The notes under the pieces were generated by a model that saw only the letters and a list, made by a program, of their open reading frames with translations, did not search any database and was not told where the DNA came from. Shown one piece after another: positions 1 to 9,016 of a DNA stretch of 64,000 bases. The stretch is from Escherichia virus TH15: sequence record MT446392.1. One strand, written 5' to 3'. The stretch's first letter is position 1. The number at the start of each line of letters is the position of its first letter. The translations under genes were made by a program, and so were the position numbers.

Positions 1-561
1 AATATGTTGATTGACCTGGAAGCAGGCCTTAAGGCGTTTGCTGACATGCCTATGCCAGATGATAATGAAGGCCTGAGCATTACAGACCTTATCGATGCCG
101 ATGATGAATTGTCTGGTGCTAAATTTGATGGTGATGATTCAGCCAAAGAAGAAGCCAAGCTCTTATTTGATGCTCCAGAAGCACCGGTTGAAGTAGTCGA
201 AGTTACCCAGGAAGTTGTTCCTGAACCAGAAGTTAAACTCGTTGAAATTGAAGTACCATTTGTCTCCAAAGACTTTGAAGAAGCTGTTGCTCAAATCATC
301 GAAGCTGAAACTCTTAAATTTACACTACCTAAAAACTTTAGCCCTAACCTGCTTATGTTGGGCAAAGCTCCTGGATACTGCACTCTCCCTTGGTGGATTT
401 ACCAGTGGATTAAAGAGACTCCAGATTGGAAAGAACGTCCTACCTCTTTTGCTCATGCAAGCGCGCATCAAACTCTGTTTAGTCTGATTTATTATATCAA
501 TCGCGATGGTTCGATTCTTATTCGCGAAACTCGCAACTCTTCTTTTGTTCGTTTAAATTAA
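1..561 (+). CDS. acidic hypothetical protein, probably 5'-truncated at window edge; position immediately upstream of hoc matches T4 inh (prohead protease inhibitor) by synteny only
   Basis: Open frame runs to nt 1 with no stop; 185-aa ORF in track; followed by terminator and hoc. Confidence 0.45.
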   Translation, partial: NMLIDLEAGLKAFADMPMPDDNEGLSITDLIDADDELSGAKFDGDDSAKEEAKLLFDAPEAPVEVVEVTQEVVPEPEVKLVEIEVPFVSKDFEEAVAQIIEAETLKFTLPKNFSPNLLMLGKAPGYCTLPWWIYQWIKETPDWKERPTSFAHASAHQTLFSLIYYINRDGSILIRETRNSSFVRLN

Positions 562-564
562 TAA

Positions 565-586
565 GGGACCCTTCTGGTCCTTTTTA
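565..586 (+). terminator. intrinsic terminator-like hairpin GGGACC-cttct-GGTCC followed by TTTTT
   Basis: Perfect 6-bp stem plus T5 directly after stop of ORF 1-561. Confidence 0.5.
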
Positions 587-595
587 GGAGATAAT

Positions 596-1723
596 ATGGC
601 TTTTATTGTATCTATTGCAGGTTCAGCCTCAATGAAAATTGGCGATAGCGCCAACTATACCGCTACTGCATCAGGAGCAGCGGTGGAAGGAACTGTCACA
701 TATGTATGGACTATTGATGGCGCCTCAAATCCAGAATCAACTAACGTTCTTCGTTATACGGGTACTGCTCCCGCGGGAAAGAAAATTTTAAAAGTAGTCG
801 CGACTTCCACACCGGCTGAAGGTGAGCCTGAAGTAGCCGAAAATACTTTTGAAGTAAATGTATCTAATAAAACTATGAGTATTTCTTTAGCTTTGGACCC
901 AGTTTCTGTATCTAAAGAAATTGGCCAATCTCAAGTTGTTACTGCTAACGTAACAGGTGCTCCTTCTGGAGCCACGATTGCTTATGTTTGGAAACGCAAT
1001 TCTAATGTAATCGCAGGTCAAACTGGTAAAACTATTACCGTAACCGAAGCAGCAGAAGCAAATTATACTTTGAACTGTGAAGTTACGGTTACTGCTCCTG
1101 AATATGATTCAGCTACTGCTACTAAAGGCGCGACGGTAACTTTTGCCAAGAAAACAATGTCAGGTGTTTCTGTTGTTTTAACACCGGAATCAATTAATGT
1201 TCCTAAAGATACACCAGCATCATTTAAGGCCGATGTAGTCGGTGCACCGAGTGAAGCATCCGGTGTTTATACATGGAAAAAAGATGGTTCTCCTGTTGAA
1301 GGTTCAACTTCCACTTTGACAATTGATACAAGTACCGAAGGTTCTCAAGTCATTGAAGTTTCGGTTGTTGTTTCTGCGCCCGATTATAAATCAGTAACAG
1401 TGACAACAACAGGTAATGTTACTATAACAGCTAAAGTTGCGCCGGAACCAGAAGGGGAACTTCCATATATTCATCCATTACCAGTTCGCAATTCAGCATA
1501 TATTTGGGCCGGTTGGTGGGTTATGGATGAGATTCAGAAGATGACTCTTGCTGGTAAAGACTGGAAAACCGATGAACCTGATAGTAATTATTATCTTCAT
1601 CGATACACTCTTGCCAAAATGCTTAATGATTATCCAGAGGTTGATGTACAAGAATCTCGCAATGGTCGAATTATTCATCGCACCGCGCTTGACGCTGGTA
1701 TTATCTACGACTACGTATATTAA
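596..1723 (+). CDS. hoc: Hoc, highly immunogenic outer capsid protein (Ig-like domains plus C-terminal capsid-binding domain)
   Basis: 375 aa; C-terminal block KVAPEPEGELPYIHPLP...WWVMDEIQKMT...YPEVDVQESRNG matches T4 Hoc as remembered; SD present. Confidence 0.9.
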   Translation: MAFIVSIAGSASMKIGDSANYTATASGAAVEGTVTYVWTIDGASNPESTNVLRYTGTAPAGKKILKVVATSTPAEGEPEVAENTFEVNVSNKTMSISLALDPVSVSKEIGQSQVVTANVTGAPSGATIAYVWKRNSNVIAGQTGKTITVTEAAEANYTLNCEVTVTAPEYDSATATKGATVTFAKKTMSGVSVVLTPESINVPKDTPASFKADVVGAPSEASGVYTWKKDGSPVEGSTSTLTIDTSTEGSQVIEVSVVVSAPDYKSVTVTTTGNVTITAKVAPEPEGELPYIHPLPVRNSAYIWAGWWVMDEIQKMTLAGKDWKTDEPDSNYYLHRYTLAKMLNDYPEVDVQESRNGRIIHRTALDAGIIYDYVY

Positions 1724-1728
1724 AAAAG

Positions 1729-1752
1729 AAAGGGCCTTGCGGCCCTTTTTTA
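1729..1752. terminator. bidirectional intrinsic terminator between convergent hoc and hoc-like genes
   Basis: GGGCC-ttgc-GGCCC hairpin flanked by A-run upstream and T6 downstream. Confidence 0.7.
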
Positions 1753-1753
1753 T

Positions 1754-2620
1754 TTACCAAACTAAATCCTTTTTACCTAAAATATATCCGTTTCTTGATT
1801 CCTGTACTTCAATATCAGGATATTTCTCAAGCATTTCTGCTATCTTAGCAAGCTCACATTTGTATTTAAATCTATCGTGCATAGGATTCTTATGCCATTC
1901 AAAGCCTTCTATCAAAGCCTCTAAAATCTCATCATGAACCCACCAGCCAATCCACATATAAACTTTATTTCGACCACCACTTAAATGACTAAGATGCTCA
2001 TACTGATTAAGGTCATGAACATAGATATCTTTACATTCTATAGTAGTAGAAGGAGGAACTAATTGAATGTCAATTAGAGCTGTTGTTTCTTTATATCCAC
2101 CATGACTAAATGCTGTAGTAGATAATGTATAAGTTCCGTAATAAGAATCATCTTCAACAGTAAGACTAAATTGTTCATCAGTTCCTATTTGAATGCCATT
2201 ACGAAGCCAAACACACTTTCTATGAACCCATGTTGGCTCTACTATACACTGAGGAGCAAAATGGACCTGGCCGCCTATAGGAACTTCTATATAAAGTCTA
2301 GTTTTAAACTGTATTGTCGGTTCTCTAAGTTCTTCGCCTATTTCTAATTGAATTCTATTAGTTCTATACATCTCCCCTGTTGACTTAACGCCTAAAAGAG
2401 CGTAATATTCTCCTTCGGCTGGATAACCGACATCCCATAAATTTAGAGTCCATGGGTTTTCAGAATCCAACTTAGGTATAAGAACTACATCTTTATACCA
2501 TGCTACGTGAATATCATCAGGATGTATATTTACAGGCAAAGAAATCTCGGATAAATCAAATGTAATATCTTGACCTATCTGAGCATAATGAGGACCATGC
2601 ATAACGGCATATAATTTCAT
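1754..2620 (-). CDS. Hoc-like capsid decoration protein paralog: divergent N-terminal domains plus conserved Hoc C-terminal capsid-binding module
   Basis: 288 aa; C-terminus YMWIGWWVHDEILEA...YPDIEVQESRNGYIL aligns with Hoc YIWAGWWVMDEIQKM...YPEVDVQESRNGRII in the same window; 9 nt downstream of collagen-like gene. Confidence 0.75.
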   Translation of the reverse strand: MKLYAVMHGPHYAQIGQDITFDLSEISLPVNIHPDDIHVAWYKDVVLIPKLDSENPWTLNLWDVGYPAEGEYYALLGVKSTGEMYRTNRIQLEIGEELREPTIQFKTRLYIEVPIGGQVHFAPQCIVEPTWVHRKCVWLRNGIQIGTDEQFSLTVEDDSYYGTYTLSTTAFSHGGYKETTALIDIQLVPPSTTIECKDIYVHDLNQYEHLSHLSGGRNKVYMWIGWWVHDEILEALIEGFEWHKNPMHDRFKYKCELAKIAEMLEKYPDIEVQESRNGYILGKKDLVW

Positions 2621-2629
2621 GGGTTCTCC

Positions 2630-3949
2630 TTAAGATGCAAATATTATAGGTATACGCCCATGATTATTATTTTTAATAACCTGAATATAGATGTCAGAAT
2701 CAACATAATCATTTAAAGACCCGGTTGGAAGCATTTTTAAAGTATACCAAAAACCTGTGGCTTTATCTATAATTTCTGCAGTTGAACCTTCTCGACACTT
2801 ATCAAAAGAAATGTTATCCCATGTTACCCATGAGCTAGTCAGGTTTAAATTATTATCTGACTTGTTTTCTAAGCCAACCGCGTCATAGTTTGTGGTTCTA
2901 CGATAAGAATATGAAGCTGGCAAAGAGTCATTAAATCTTTTGACACTGATATCAAATGTGTTTTTAGTTGTGACTTTATATTTCATAGAAATATTAGTAT
3001 CAGCTAGTTTGACCGTGGCTTCAGCATTAGGAGAAGACATTGAATTAAAGCTTAAAATAATTTCCCAATATTTCTTAGGTTCAAATGGTTTAAGCTTGTC
3101 ATATAATTCCTCTAATTGAGATTCTGTCAAGCTGCCAATATCAAGAGCAGGGCCTTGAGGGCCTTGTGCACCGTCTATACCATTTTTACCAGGGTCGCCT
3201 TTTAATCCTTGCAGGCCTTGTGGTCCTTGAGGGCCATCTGTTCCAGCAGGACCTTGGTCACCTTTATCTCCTTTATCACCCTTGTCTCCTTTTGCGCCAG
3301 CCGATGCCATTATGGCCCAATCGTCATTTGACGGCAACGGCGGAATACCGGTATGAGTCGTAAGACTAAAATAGGTAGCTCCTTGGTACGCTACGGCGTC
3401 ATTTGGTACATACTCAATAGATATATCATATTCACCTTTCCATATTAATCCTGTTGCTCCTGCGGGGCCCGGGTCGCCTTTAGGACCATCTAGACCATTT
3501 TTACCCGGGTCGCCTTTAGGACCTTGAATACCTTGAATACCTTGAGGGCCGGTAGCCCCATCAATGCCGTTAGTTCCATCAGCCCCTTTAGGACCTTGAA
3601 TACCAGGTGCACCATCCATCCCGTGTACACCTGCCAGGCCTTGGGGACCTTGTAGACCATCTATTCCAGCAGGACCTTGTGGTCCTGGGTCACCTTTTAA
3701 TCCTTGTGGGCCTTGAATGCCCTGGATACCTTGGTCGCCTTTTGGGCCTACTGCGCCATCAGAAATTCCTATAAATGTCTTTGCTTCTTCTGAAGTAGCT
3801 TTAGTTAAAAATTCTAAACTCCAATCGGTAGTTGAACTTGTCGTAATAAGGTCTTCTACTTGTTTTGTATTACCTGCCTCTGGATTTCTAATGGTTTTGC
3901 CAGAAAAGTTACCTCTACCATCATGCCCAAACAATCTTTCGTCAGCCAT
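2630..3949 (-). CDS. collagen-like protein with two Gly-X-Y tracts and a C-terminal globular domain
   Basis: 439 aa; residues ~66-167 and ~217-267 are uninterrupted G-X-Y triplets; late promoter 36 nt upstream. Confidence 0.8.
   Translation of the reverse strand: MADERLFGHDGRGNFSGKTIRNPEAGNTKQVEDLITTSSTTDWSLEFLTKATSEEAKTFIGISDGAVGPKGDQGIQGIQGPQGLKGDPGPQGPAGIDGLQGPQGLAGVHGMDGAPGIQGPKGADGTNGIDGATGPQGIQGIQGPKGDPGKNGLDGPKGDPGPAGATGLIWKGEYDISIEYVPNDAVAYQGATYFSLTTHTGIPPLPSNDDWAIMASAGAKGDKGDKGDKGDQGPAGTDGPQGPQGLQGLKGDPGKNGIDGAQGPQGPALDIGSLTESQLEELYDKLKPFEPKKYWEIILSFNSMSSPNAEATVKLADTNISMKYKVTTKNTFDISVKRFNDSLPASYSYRRTTNYDAVGLENKSDNNLNLTSSWVTWDNISFDKCREGSTAEIIDKATGFWYTLKMLPTGSLNDYVDSDIYIQVIKNNNHGRIPIIFAS
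3149..3301 (-). repeat. collagen Gly-X-Y triplet tract 2 (about 17 triplets, includes [11 protein letters not shown])
   Basis: Read from translation. Confidence 0.8.
3449..3754 (-). repeat. collagen Gly-X-Y triplet tract 1 (about 34 triplets) within collagen-like CDS
   Basis: [22 protein letters not shown]... periodicity read from translation. Confidence 0.8.
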
Positions 3950-3984
3950 TGTATCTTCTCCAATTTATTTGAATAACACAATTG

Positions 3985-3992
3985 TATTTATA
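3985..3992 (-). promoter_or_regulatory. T4-type late promoter TATAAATA for collagen-like/hoc-like operon
   Basis: Plus strand TATTTATA = minus TATAAATA, 36 nt upstream of ATG at 3949. Confidence 0.7.
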
Positions 3993-4041
3993 CTGTTTAC
4001 AAGTTAAAAATTCTATGTTAGGATAGCTTCACTAACTCAAC

Positions 4042-4245
4042 ATGAGAATCATTATGGATAAGGTTAAAGTACATTTTTTACATGAATCGGGTATGACATT
4101 TATTGAAATCGCCAAGGTATTGGGCGGGACTGCTAAAGAAATGGCAAAGGCATGGGTTGATGTAGAACACGCCAAAACCAAATTTAAAGCCAAAGAGAAA
4201 GTTGTGTATCGTAAACGTTTGAATAACAAAAAGGTGAAGAAATGA
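4042..4245 (+). CDS. hypothetical small basic protein
   Basis: 67-aa ORF with ATG; position corresponds to T4 24.3/24.2 region. Confidence 0.4.
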   Translation: MRIIMDKVKVHFLHESGMTFIEIAKVLGGTAKEMAKAWVDVEHAKTKFKAKEKVVYRKRLNNKKVKK

Positions 4246-4505
4246 CATTCGCAGAAGAACTACGCCAAATGGCCAAAGAGTCACAAGATAAAGTTGCAAA
4301 TGACTTTATTGCTATATTTCGCAAAGTGGCTATTGCCGCCGCCGAGAATGGCAAAGATGCTGTTAATATGGCAGTTTCTGAAAAAGAGTATGAAGAAGGA
4401 AACCGCGCAAAGATATCTGAATTTCTGCGAGCAGAAAAATTTACATCTTTTACCTGGAATTATGACTGGCAAGATAACAAACCAATGCTGTATGTAAAAT
4501 TCTGA
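4242..4505 (+). CDS. hypothetical protein
   Basis: 87-aa ORF, ATGA overlap with upstream ORF. Confidence 0.45.
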   Translation: MTFAEELRQMAKESQDKVANDFIAIFRKVAIAAAENGKDAVNMAVSEKEYEEGNRAKISEFLRAEKFTSFTWNYDWQDNKPMLYVKF

Positions 4506-4508
4506 CCT

Positions 4509-4538
4509 TTTTGCTTCAAATAAAATTGTGGTATAATG
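4509..4538 (+). promoter_or_regulatory. T4 middle-type promoter: MotA-box-like TTTGCTTCA plus TATAAT -10
   Basis: TGCTT at 4512-4516, TATAAT at 4533-4538, upstream of rnlB. Confidence 0.5.
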
Positions 4539-4634
4539 GTTCTAGACCCTTTGAGACTATTAATTCCTTTCAGAGAAAGAAAGTATAGTGGGTCTAATTT
4601 ATAATGATATTTATAACATCAAAAGTGAGAGAAT

Positions 4635-5639
4635 ATGTTTAAGAAATATAACAGCCTTGAAAATCACTATAACAACAAGTTCATTGAAAAGATTCGCCTG
4701 CAAGGCTTCACCAGCGGTGAATGGGTAGCTCGTGAGAAAATTCATGGTACCAACTTTTCATTAATTATTGAACAAAATAATGTGACATGTGCGAAACGCA
4801 CTGGACCTATCCTACCTGCAGAAGATTTCTATGGCTACGAAATTGTACTCAAGAACTATGCAGATTCCATTAAAACTGTGCAGAGACTTTTACAGGATAT
4901 TAATTACCAATCATACCAAATTTATGGTGAGTTTGCTGGTACAGGTATCCAGAAGAATGTGGATTATGGCGACAAAGATTTCTATGTGTTTGATATCCGC
5001 GTTACTAAGGAAGATGGCTCTGAATCTGTTTTGACTGATTCATTGATGGAAGCCTTCTGTATTATCCATAAATTTAAGGTTGCCCCACGCCTGGCTACGG
5101 GTAGTTTTGAAGACTTGATTAAGCTCCCTAACGACCTGGATTCTGTGGTTCCTGATTACAATTTTACAGTAGATAATGCGGGTTTGACTACCGCGAATAC
5201 CACCGATTTTGACGCAAAGGTTGAAGGTAAAGTATTCACTGCAGAAGGGTATGTTCTTAAACCTGATACTCCTGCCTGGTTACCTAATGGTGAGCGCGTA
5301 GCGATTAAATGTAAGAACTCTAAATTCAGCGAAAAGAAAAAGTCTGATAAGCCTATCAAGGCTGCTGTTGTGTTGTCCCAGGAAGACCTGGACATTTTAT
5401 GGAAGTTTACCGATTATGTGACTGTTAACCGTATCAATAATGTTATCAGTAAAATTGGGGAAGTAACGCCAAAGGATTTTGGAAAGGTAATGGGTTTGAC
5501 TGTTCAAGATATTTTGGAAGAAGCGGGTCGGGAAGGCCTTGAATTAACCCAAACGGAAAATCCTGTTGAAGTTAAAAAGCAACTCATTGCAAATGTAAGA
5601 GATACATTAAGACATGTTTGGATTGCATTAATTAGTTAA
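4635..5639 (+). CDS. rnlB: RNA ligase 2
   Basis: 334 aa; MFKKY..LENHYN.KFIEK...[18 protein letters not shown]...[16 protein letters not shown] matches T4 Rnl2 as remembered; nucleotidyltransferase KxHG lysine motif. Confidence 0.92.
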   Translation: MFKKYNSLENHYNNKFIEKIRLQGFTSGEWVAREKIHGTNFSLIIEQNNVTCAKRTGPILPAEDFYGYEIVLKNYADSIKTVQRLLQDINYQSYQIYGEFAGTGIQKNVDYGDKDFYVFDIRVTKEDGSESVLTDSLMEAFCIIHKFKVAPRLATGSFEDLIKLPNDLDSVVPDYNFTVDNAGLTTANTTDFDAKVEGKVFTAEGYVLKPDTPAWLPNGERVAIKCKNSKFSEKKKSDKPIKAAVVLSQEDLDILWKFTDYVTVNRINNVISKIGEVTPKDFGKVMGLTVQDILEEAGREGLELTQTENPVEVKKQLIANVRDTLRHVWIALIS

Positions 5640-5644
5640 TAAAA

Positions 5645-5670
5645 AAGGGCCGCAAGGCCCTTATTCTTTT
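5645..5670. terminator. bidirectional intrinsic terminator (GGGCC-gcaa-GGCCC) after rnlB (+) and gp24 paralog (-)
   Basis: Hairpin with A6 upstream and T-rich run downstream. Confidence 0.7.
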
Positions 5671-6944
5671 TCCAGTGGTGGAAGTTTAACACCAAGATAA
5701 GAACTCAATTGGCTTTGGTTAGCCATCTTATCCATATCAGCCCCATCAATAATGCGAGCTTCTTTATCGTCTTTAGCAACGGTATAAGGGTTCGCAGTCA
5801 GTGCATAACGAGCTAACAGTGCAACTGTAGGCTGTAAACTTTCAGGGTCAACGATAACCTTGAATTCCCCAACCGAGGTGTCACCCTCATCATCAACTTC
5901 ACTAAGACCTTCCGTATAAGGCGCATAATACAAAGATGCGACCGTCTGACCTTCACCCATATCGGCATTTACGCCAACAATAACATAATCGCATGGGCTA
6001 TTCATATCTGCATAAAGCGGCAAACCGTTCTTCAGAACGCCATAGGCCAATTCATCCTGGTCGTCCTTTTTCTCAACCCAACCAGAAGCTGCTAAAATAG
6101 CTGCACACCGGGAAGAGGCAACTGCATATGTACCAGCGAACGAAGTCTGACGTTGAACTGCGGAATTCATTTCGCACATATAATAATACAGGGTTCGAGC
6201 CCGGTCTTGCGCATTATCATATCTCGGGTCGGTAAGATTCAATACACCTTTTTCAGAAACACCTTGTACCTTGAAGCGGGAACTAACAGTAATAAGGGAT
6301 TGCAGTACGTCCTTATTAATTTCCTCTGCCATTTGAATGCCAAGGATATTATCAATAAAATCTGTTGCGTCGAAACCATTTGCTTCCAGGTCCTGAGCAA
6401 GCTCAACAGTTAAAGAGGTTTTCAGTTTTCTGGATTTGACTTCGGTCTGCCATTTATCGATACGGAAACCGGCTTCAGCAATTTCAGGATGACCCTGTTC
6501 AAATTTATTAGTGAAAGCTGCATCCGACATCATTCTTATATGGCCAGCAGCAATGGCTTCAGAAATAACTTCACCCAAATCAGTTTCAAGGGTCCCAGCA
6601 AAAGGAGAAGCTTCCAAAACTTTGAATACAACGCTTTCGAACTGGAACATATCGCCGACTGCATAAGCTTCGTCTTTATTTGTAAATTCTGGGATATTCT
6701 TACGCTCGAACATGCCAATCTGGCCTGCAAATGTTGCTCCACCAAGATATGTCATTTTATCATCTGGGTTCAGAACACGAACACCATACAACGCTGCAAC
6801 AGGCTGGGTAGTTTTCTGTTCGGCAACGAGTGCTTTAAAAATTCGTTTATTCGTAGCCTGGGTATAAGAAAGCAAATTAGGACGGGCGACCTGGTTGGCC
6901 GCCGTTAATGTTGATTCGTGAATTAGTGCGTTAATCTTTTGCAT
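5661..6944 (-). CDS. second gp24-like head vertex protein (divergent tandem paralog)
   Basis: 427 aa; shares NKWxxxVKSRKLKTxLTVELAQDxEANGF and INKDVLQSLITVS blocks with adjacent gp24; start ATG abuts gp24 stop (TAAATG). Confidence 0.8.
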   Translation of the reverse strand: MQKINALIHESTLTAANQVARPNLLSYTQATNKRIFKALVAEQKTTQPVAALYGVRVLNPDDKMTYLGGATFAGQIGMFERKNIPEFTNKDEAYAVGDMFQFESVVFKVLEASPFAGTLETDLGEVISEAIAAGHIRMMSDAAFTNKFEQGHPEIAEAGFRIDKWQTEVKSRKLKTSLTVELAQDLEANGFDATDFIDNILGIQMAEEINKDVLQSLITVSSRFKVQGVSEKGVLNLTDPRYDNAQDRARTLYYYMCEMNSAVQRQTSFAGTYAVASSRCAAILAASGWVEKKDDQDELAYGVLKNGLPLYADMNSPCDYVIVGVNADMGEGQTVASLYYAPYTEGLSEVDDEGDTSVGEFKVIVDPESLQPTVALLARYALTANPYTVAKDDKEARIIDGADMDKMANQSQLSSYLGVKLPPLEKE

Positions 6945-8225
6945 TTACGCCTCATAAATGATTGGCGGAAGTTTAACACCGAGCAGATAAGACATATTGC
7001 TCTGGCCGGCCATTAAATCCATATTAGTTGCATCGATAATACGAGCTTCTTTGTCGTCTTTAGCAACGGTGTAAGGGTTAGCTGAAAGTGCATATCGAAC
7101 CATCAGGGAGATAGATGGCTGCAAGCTGTCTGGGTCCACAATGACCTTAAATGCACCTACGTGTTCTTCATCATCTAAGTCCAGGCCTTCGGTATAAGGA
7201 GCATAGAAGATTGAGCCTACGACTTCGTTTCCGCCATAATTTTCTTTAACGCCAACGGTTACATAATCTAATGGACTGTTAACATCACAGAATACAGGAA
7301 GACCATTAATCAAATAACCATACGCGGTTTCCGGGAGCCATTGTTCATCTTCAGGTTTATGTTTCAACCAACCGGAACCGGCGAGCATCGCGGCCACACG
7401 ACTTGAGGCAACAACGAATGTACCAGAGTAAGATGTAGTTTTCTGAATTTCAGAGTTCATTTCGCACACCAGTTCGTACAGTTTACGTGCGCCTTCTGGA
7501 GCTGAATCATATGTCAAATCGATGAAACCTTTATCAGAAACGCCAGTGACTTTATAACGCTTGGAAACGGTAATCAGAGACTGAAGAACATCTTTGTTAA
7601 TTTCATCTGCCATAGTAGTTGCAAGCAGGTCTTCCAGGAAAGCAGGAGCATTAAAACCGTTTGCTTCCATATCCTGTGCAAGTTCAACAGTCAGTGCAGT
7701 TTTCAATTTACGGGATTTAACAGGAGCATTCCATTTATTAACCTGGAATACAGCGTTACTAATTTCAACATCACCAGCTTCAAATTTCTCGGTGTGTGCA
7801 GCATCAGGAACTAAACGAATAGTCGATGCAATAAGACCTTCTTGCAGAACATCAGATAATACTGTTTCTGTAGTCGTTGCAAATGGATTATCCACCAGAG
7901 CTTTGTAAACGATATTTTGATATTTTACATATTCGCCTTTAGCAACAGGTTGAGTAGCTGTAGCTAATTCTGGAATAGTTGTACGGTCTTTAGAACCGAC
8001 TTCACCACCATAAGTAGCACCAGTCTGGAAACTGAATTCATTATCAGGAGTAAGATATTTAACACCGTACAGCGCAGCAACAGGCTGGTTAGTACGTTGT
8101 TCAGCGATGATATCGCGGTAAATCAATTTAGTTGTAGCGCGGGTCAAAGCAACAAGATTCGGGCGGCCTAATGAGTTGCTGGATGTAGTAGTTGACTCGC
8201 GCAGCAGTTCGTTAATCTTTGCCAT
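6945..8225 (-). CDS. 24: gp24 head vertex protein
   Basis: 426 aa; N-terminus MAKINELLRESTTT...GRPNLVALTRATTKLIY matches T4 gp24 as remembered. Confidence 0.9.
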   Translation of the reverse strand: MAKINELLRESTTTSSNSLGRPNLVALTRATTKLIYRDIIAEQRTNQPVAALYGVKYLTPDNEFSFQTGATYGGEVGSKDRTTIPELATATQPVAKGEYVKYQNIVYKALVDNPFATTTETVLSDVLQEGLIASTIRLVPDAAHTEKFEAGDVEISNAVFQVNKWNAPVKSRKLKTALTVELAQDMEANGFNAPAFLEDLLATTMADEINKDVLQSLITVSKRYKVTGVSDKGFIDLTYDSAPEGARKLYELVCEMNSEIQKTTSYSGTFVVASSRVAAMLAGSGWLKHKPEDEQWLPETAYGYLINGLPVFCDVNSPLDYVTVGVKENYGGNEVVGSIFYAPYTEGLDLDDEEHVGAFKVIVDPDSLQPSISLMVRYALSANPYTVAKDDKEARIIDATNMDLMAGQSNMSYLLGVKLPPIIYEA

Positions 8226-8250
8226 TGCGCTTTCCTTTTGTGATATACTT

Positions 8251-8258
8251 TATTTATA
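8251..8258 (-). promoter_or_regulatory. T4-type late promoter TATAAATA upstream of gene 24
   Basis: Minus-strand TATAAATA 26 nt upstream of ATG at 8225. Confidence 0.65.
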
Positions 8259-8264
8259 AAAGTT

Positions 8265-8294
8265 GTTTACACTCTAGTTGAACTGAGTTATAAT
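8265..8294 (+). promoter_or_regulatory. early-type promoter (GTTTAC -35, TATAAT -10) for homing endonuclease gene
   Basis: GTTTAC 8265-8270, 18-nt spacer, TATAAT 8289-8294. Confidence 0.5.
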
Positions 8295-8318
8295 TTTGAT
8301 ATTAGAGGAGACTAAATT

Positions 8319-8978
8319 ATGCATTATTTAATTTACAAAATAACTAACTTGATAAATCATAAAATTTATATTGGGGCGCACGCCACAGAAAACGTGTATG
8401 ACTCCTATATGGGGTCGGGAGTCAACATTGTCAAATCCATCAAAAAACATGGTATTAAGAACTTTAAAAAAGAAATTTTGTTTGTTTTTGATACTTCATA
8501 TGAAATGTATGAGAAAGAAGCTGAACTTGTTAATGAACAATTTGTGCTTAGAGCTGATACATACAATGCAGCTATTGGCGGCAAGGGAAATCCAATTATT
8601 GTTAAACTACAAGACCCTTCATACAGAAAAATGATTTCAGAAAAGACAAAAGCAGGTATGACCGTAGAAGTAAAGCGGAAAATATCAATAGCAAAAACAG
8701 GAGTCAAACAGTCACAAGAGCTTATTGATAAACGTACGGCGGGTGTCAAAAAATATTTAGAAACACACCAGCATCACAACAAAAATAAACCAATAAGCGA
8801 TAGCCACCGCAAAGCAATTTCAGAAAAATTAAAAGGGATTAAAAAACTTATTAAGATTTCAATCAAAGGTAAGACTTTTGATAACCCAGATTTTGCTGCT
8901 GAACATTTTGGCGTTTCTCCAAAAACAATACGCAATTGGATAAATTCAGATAAACACCCAGACTGCTTCAAACAATAA
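8319..8978 (+). CDS. GIY-YIG homing endonuclease (Seg-like) with NUMOD3-type DNA-binding repeats
   Basis: 219 aa; N-terminal [19 protein letters not shown]...GSG GIY-YIG-type motif; inserted between genes 23 and 24 on opposite strand. Confidence 0.8.
   Translation: MHYLIYKITNLINHKIYIGAHATENVYDSYMGSGVNIVKSIKKHGIKNFKKEILFVFDTSYEMYEKEAELVNEQFVLRADTYNAAIGGKGNPIIVKLQDPSYRKMISEKTKAGMTVEVKRKISIAKTGVKQSQELIDKRTAGVKKYLETHQHHNKNKPISDSHRKAISEKLKGIKKLIKISIKGKTFDNPDFAAEHFGVSPKTIRNWINSDKHPDCFKQ
8319..8978 (+). mobile_element. free-standing homing endonuclease gene insertion between 24 and 23
   Basis: Same as CDS; opposite strand to flanking late genes. Confidence 0.6.
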
Positions 8979-9002
8979 AAAAGGGACTCCGAAGAGTCCC
9001 TG
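8975..9002 (-). terminator. intrinsic terminator downstream of gene 23 (GGGACTC-cgaa-GAGTCCC)
   Basis: 7-bp stem; T7 run on minus strand. Confidence 0.7.
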
Positions 9003-9016
9003 AAATTTATTAAGGA

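Noticed and set aside
215-487. 90-aa Leu/Lys-rich ORF overlapping the first ORF in another frame
   Set aside because: Low-complexity out-of-frame translation of an AT-rich coding region
3149-3754. Periodic GGN-rich DNA repeats that could be mistaken for a repeat array or CRISPR
   Set aside because: Periodicity is 9 nt codon-level Gly-X-Y within an intact ORF; no spacer-repeat architecture anywhere in the window
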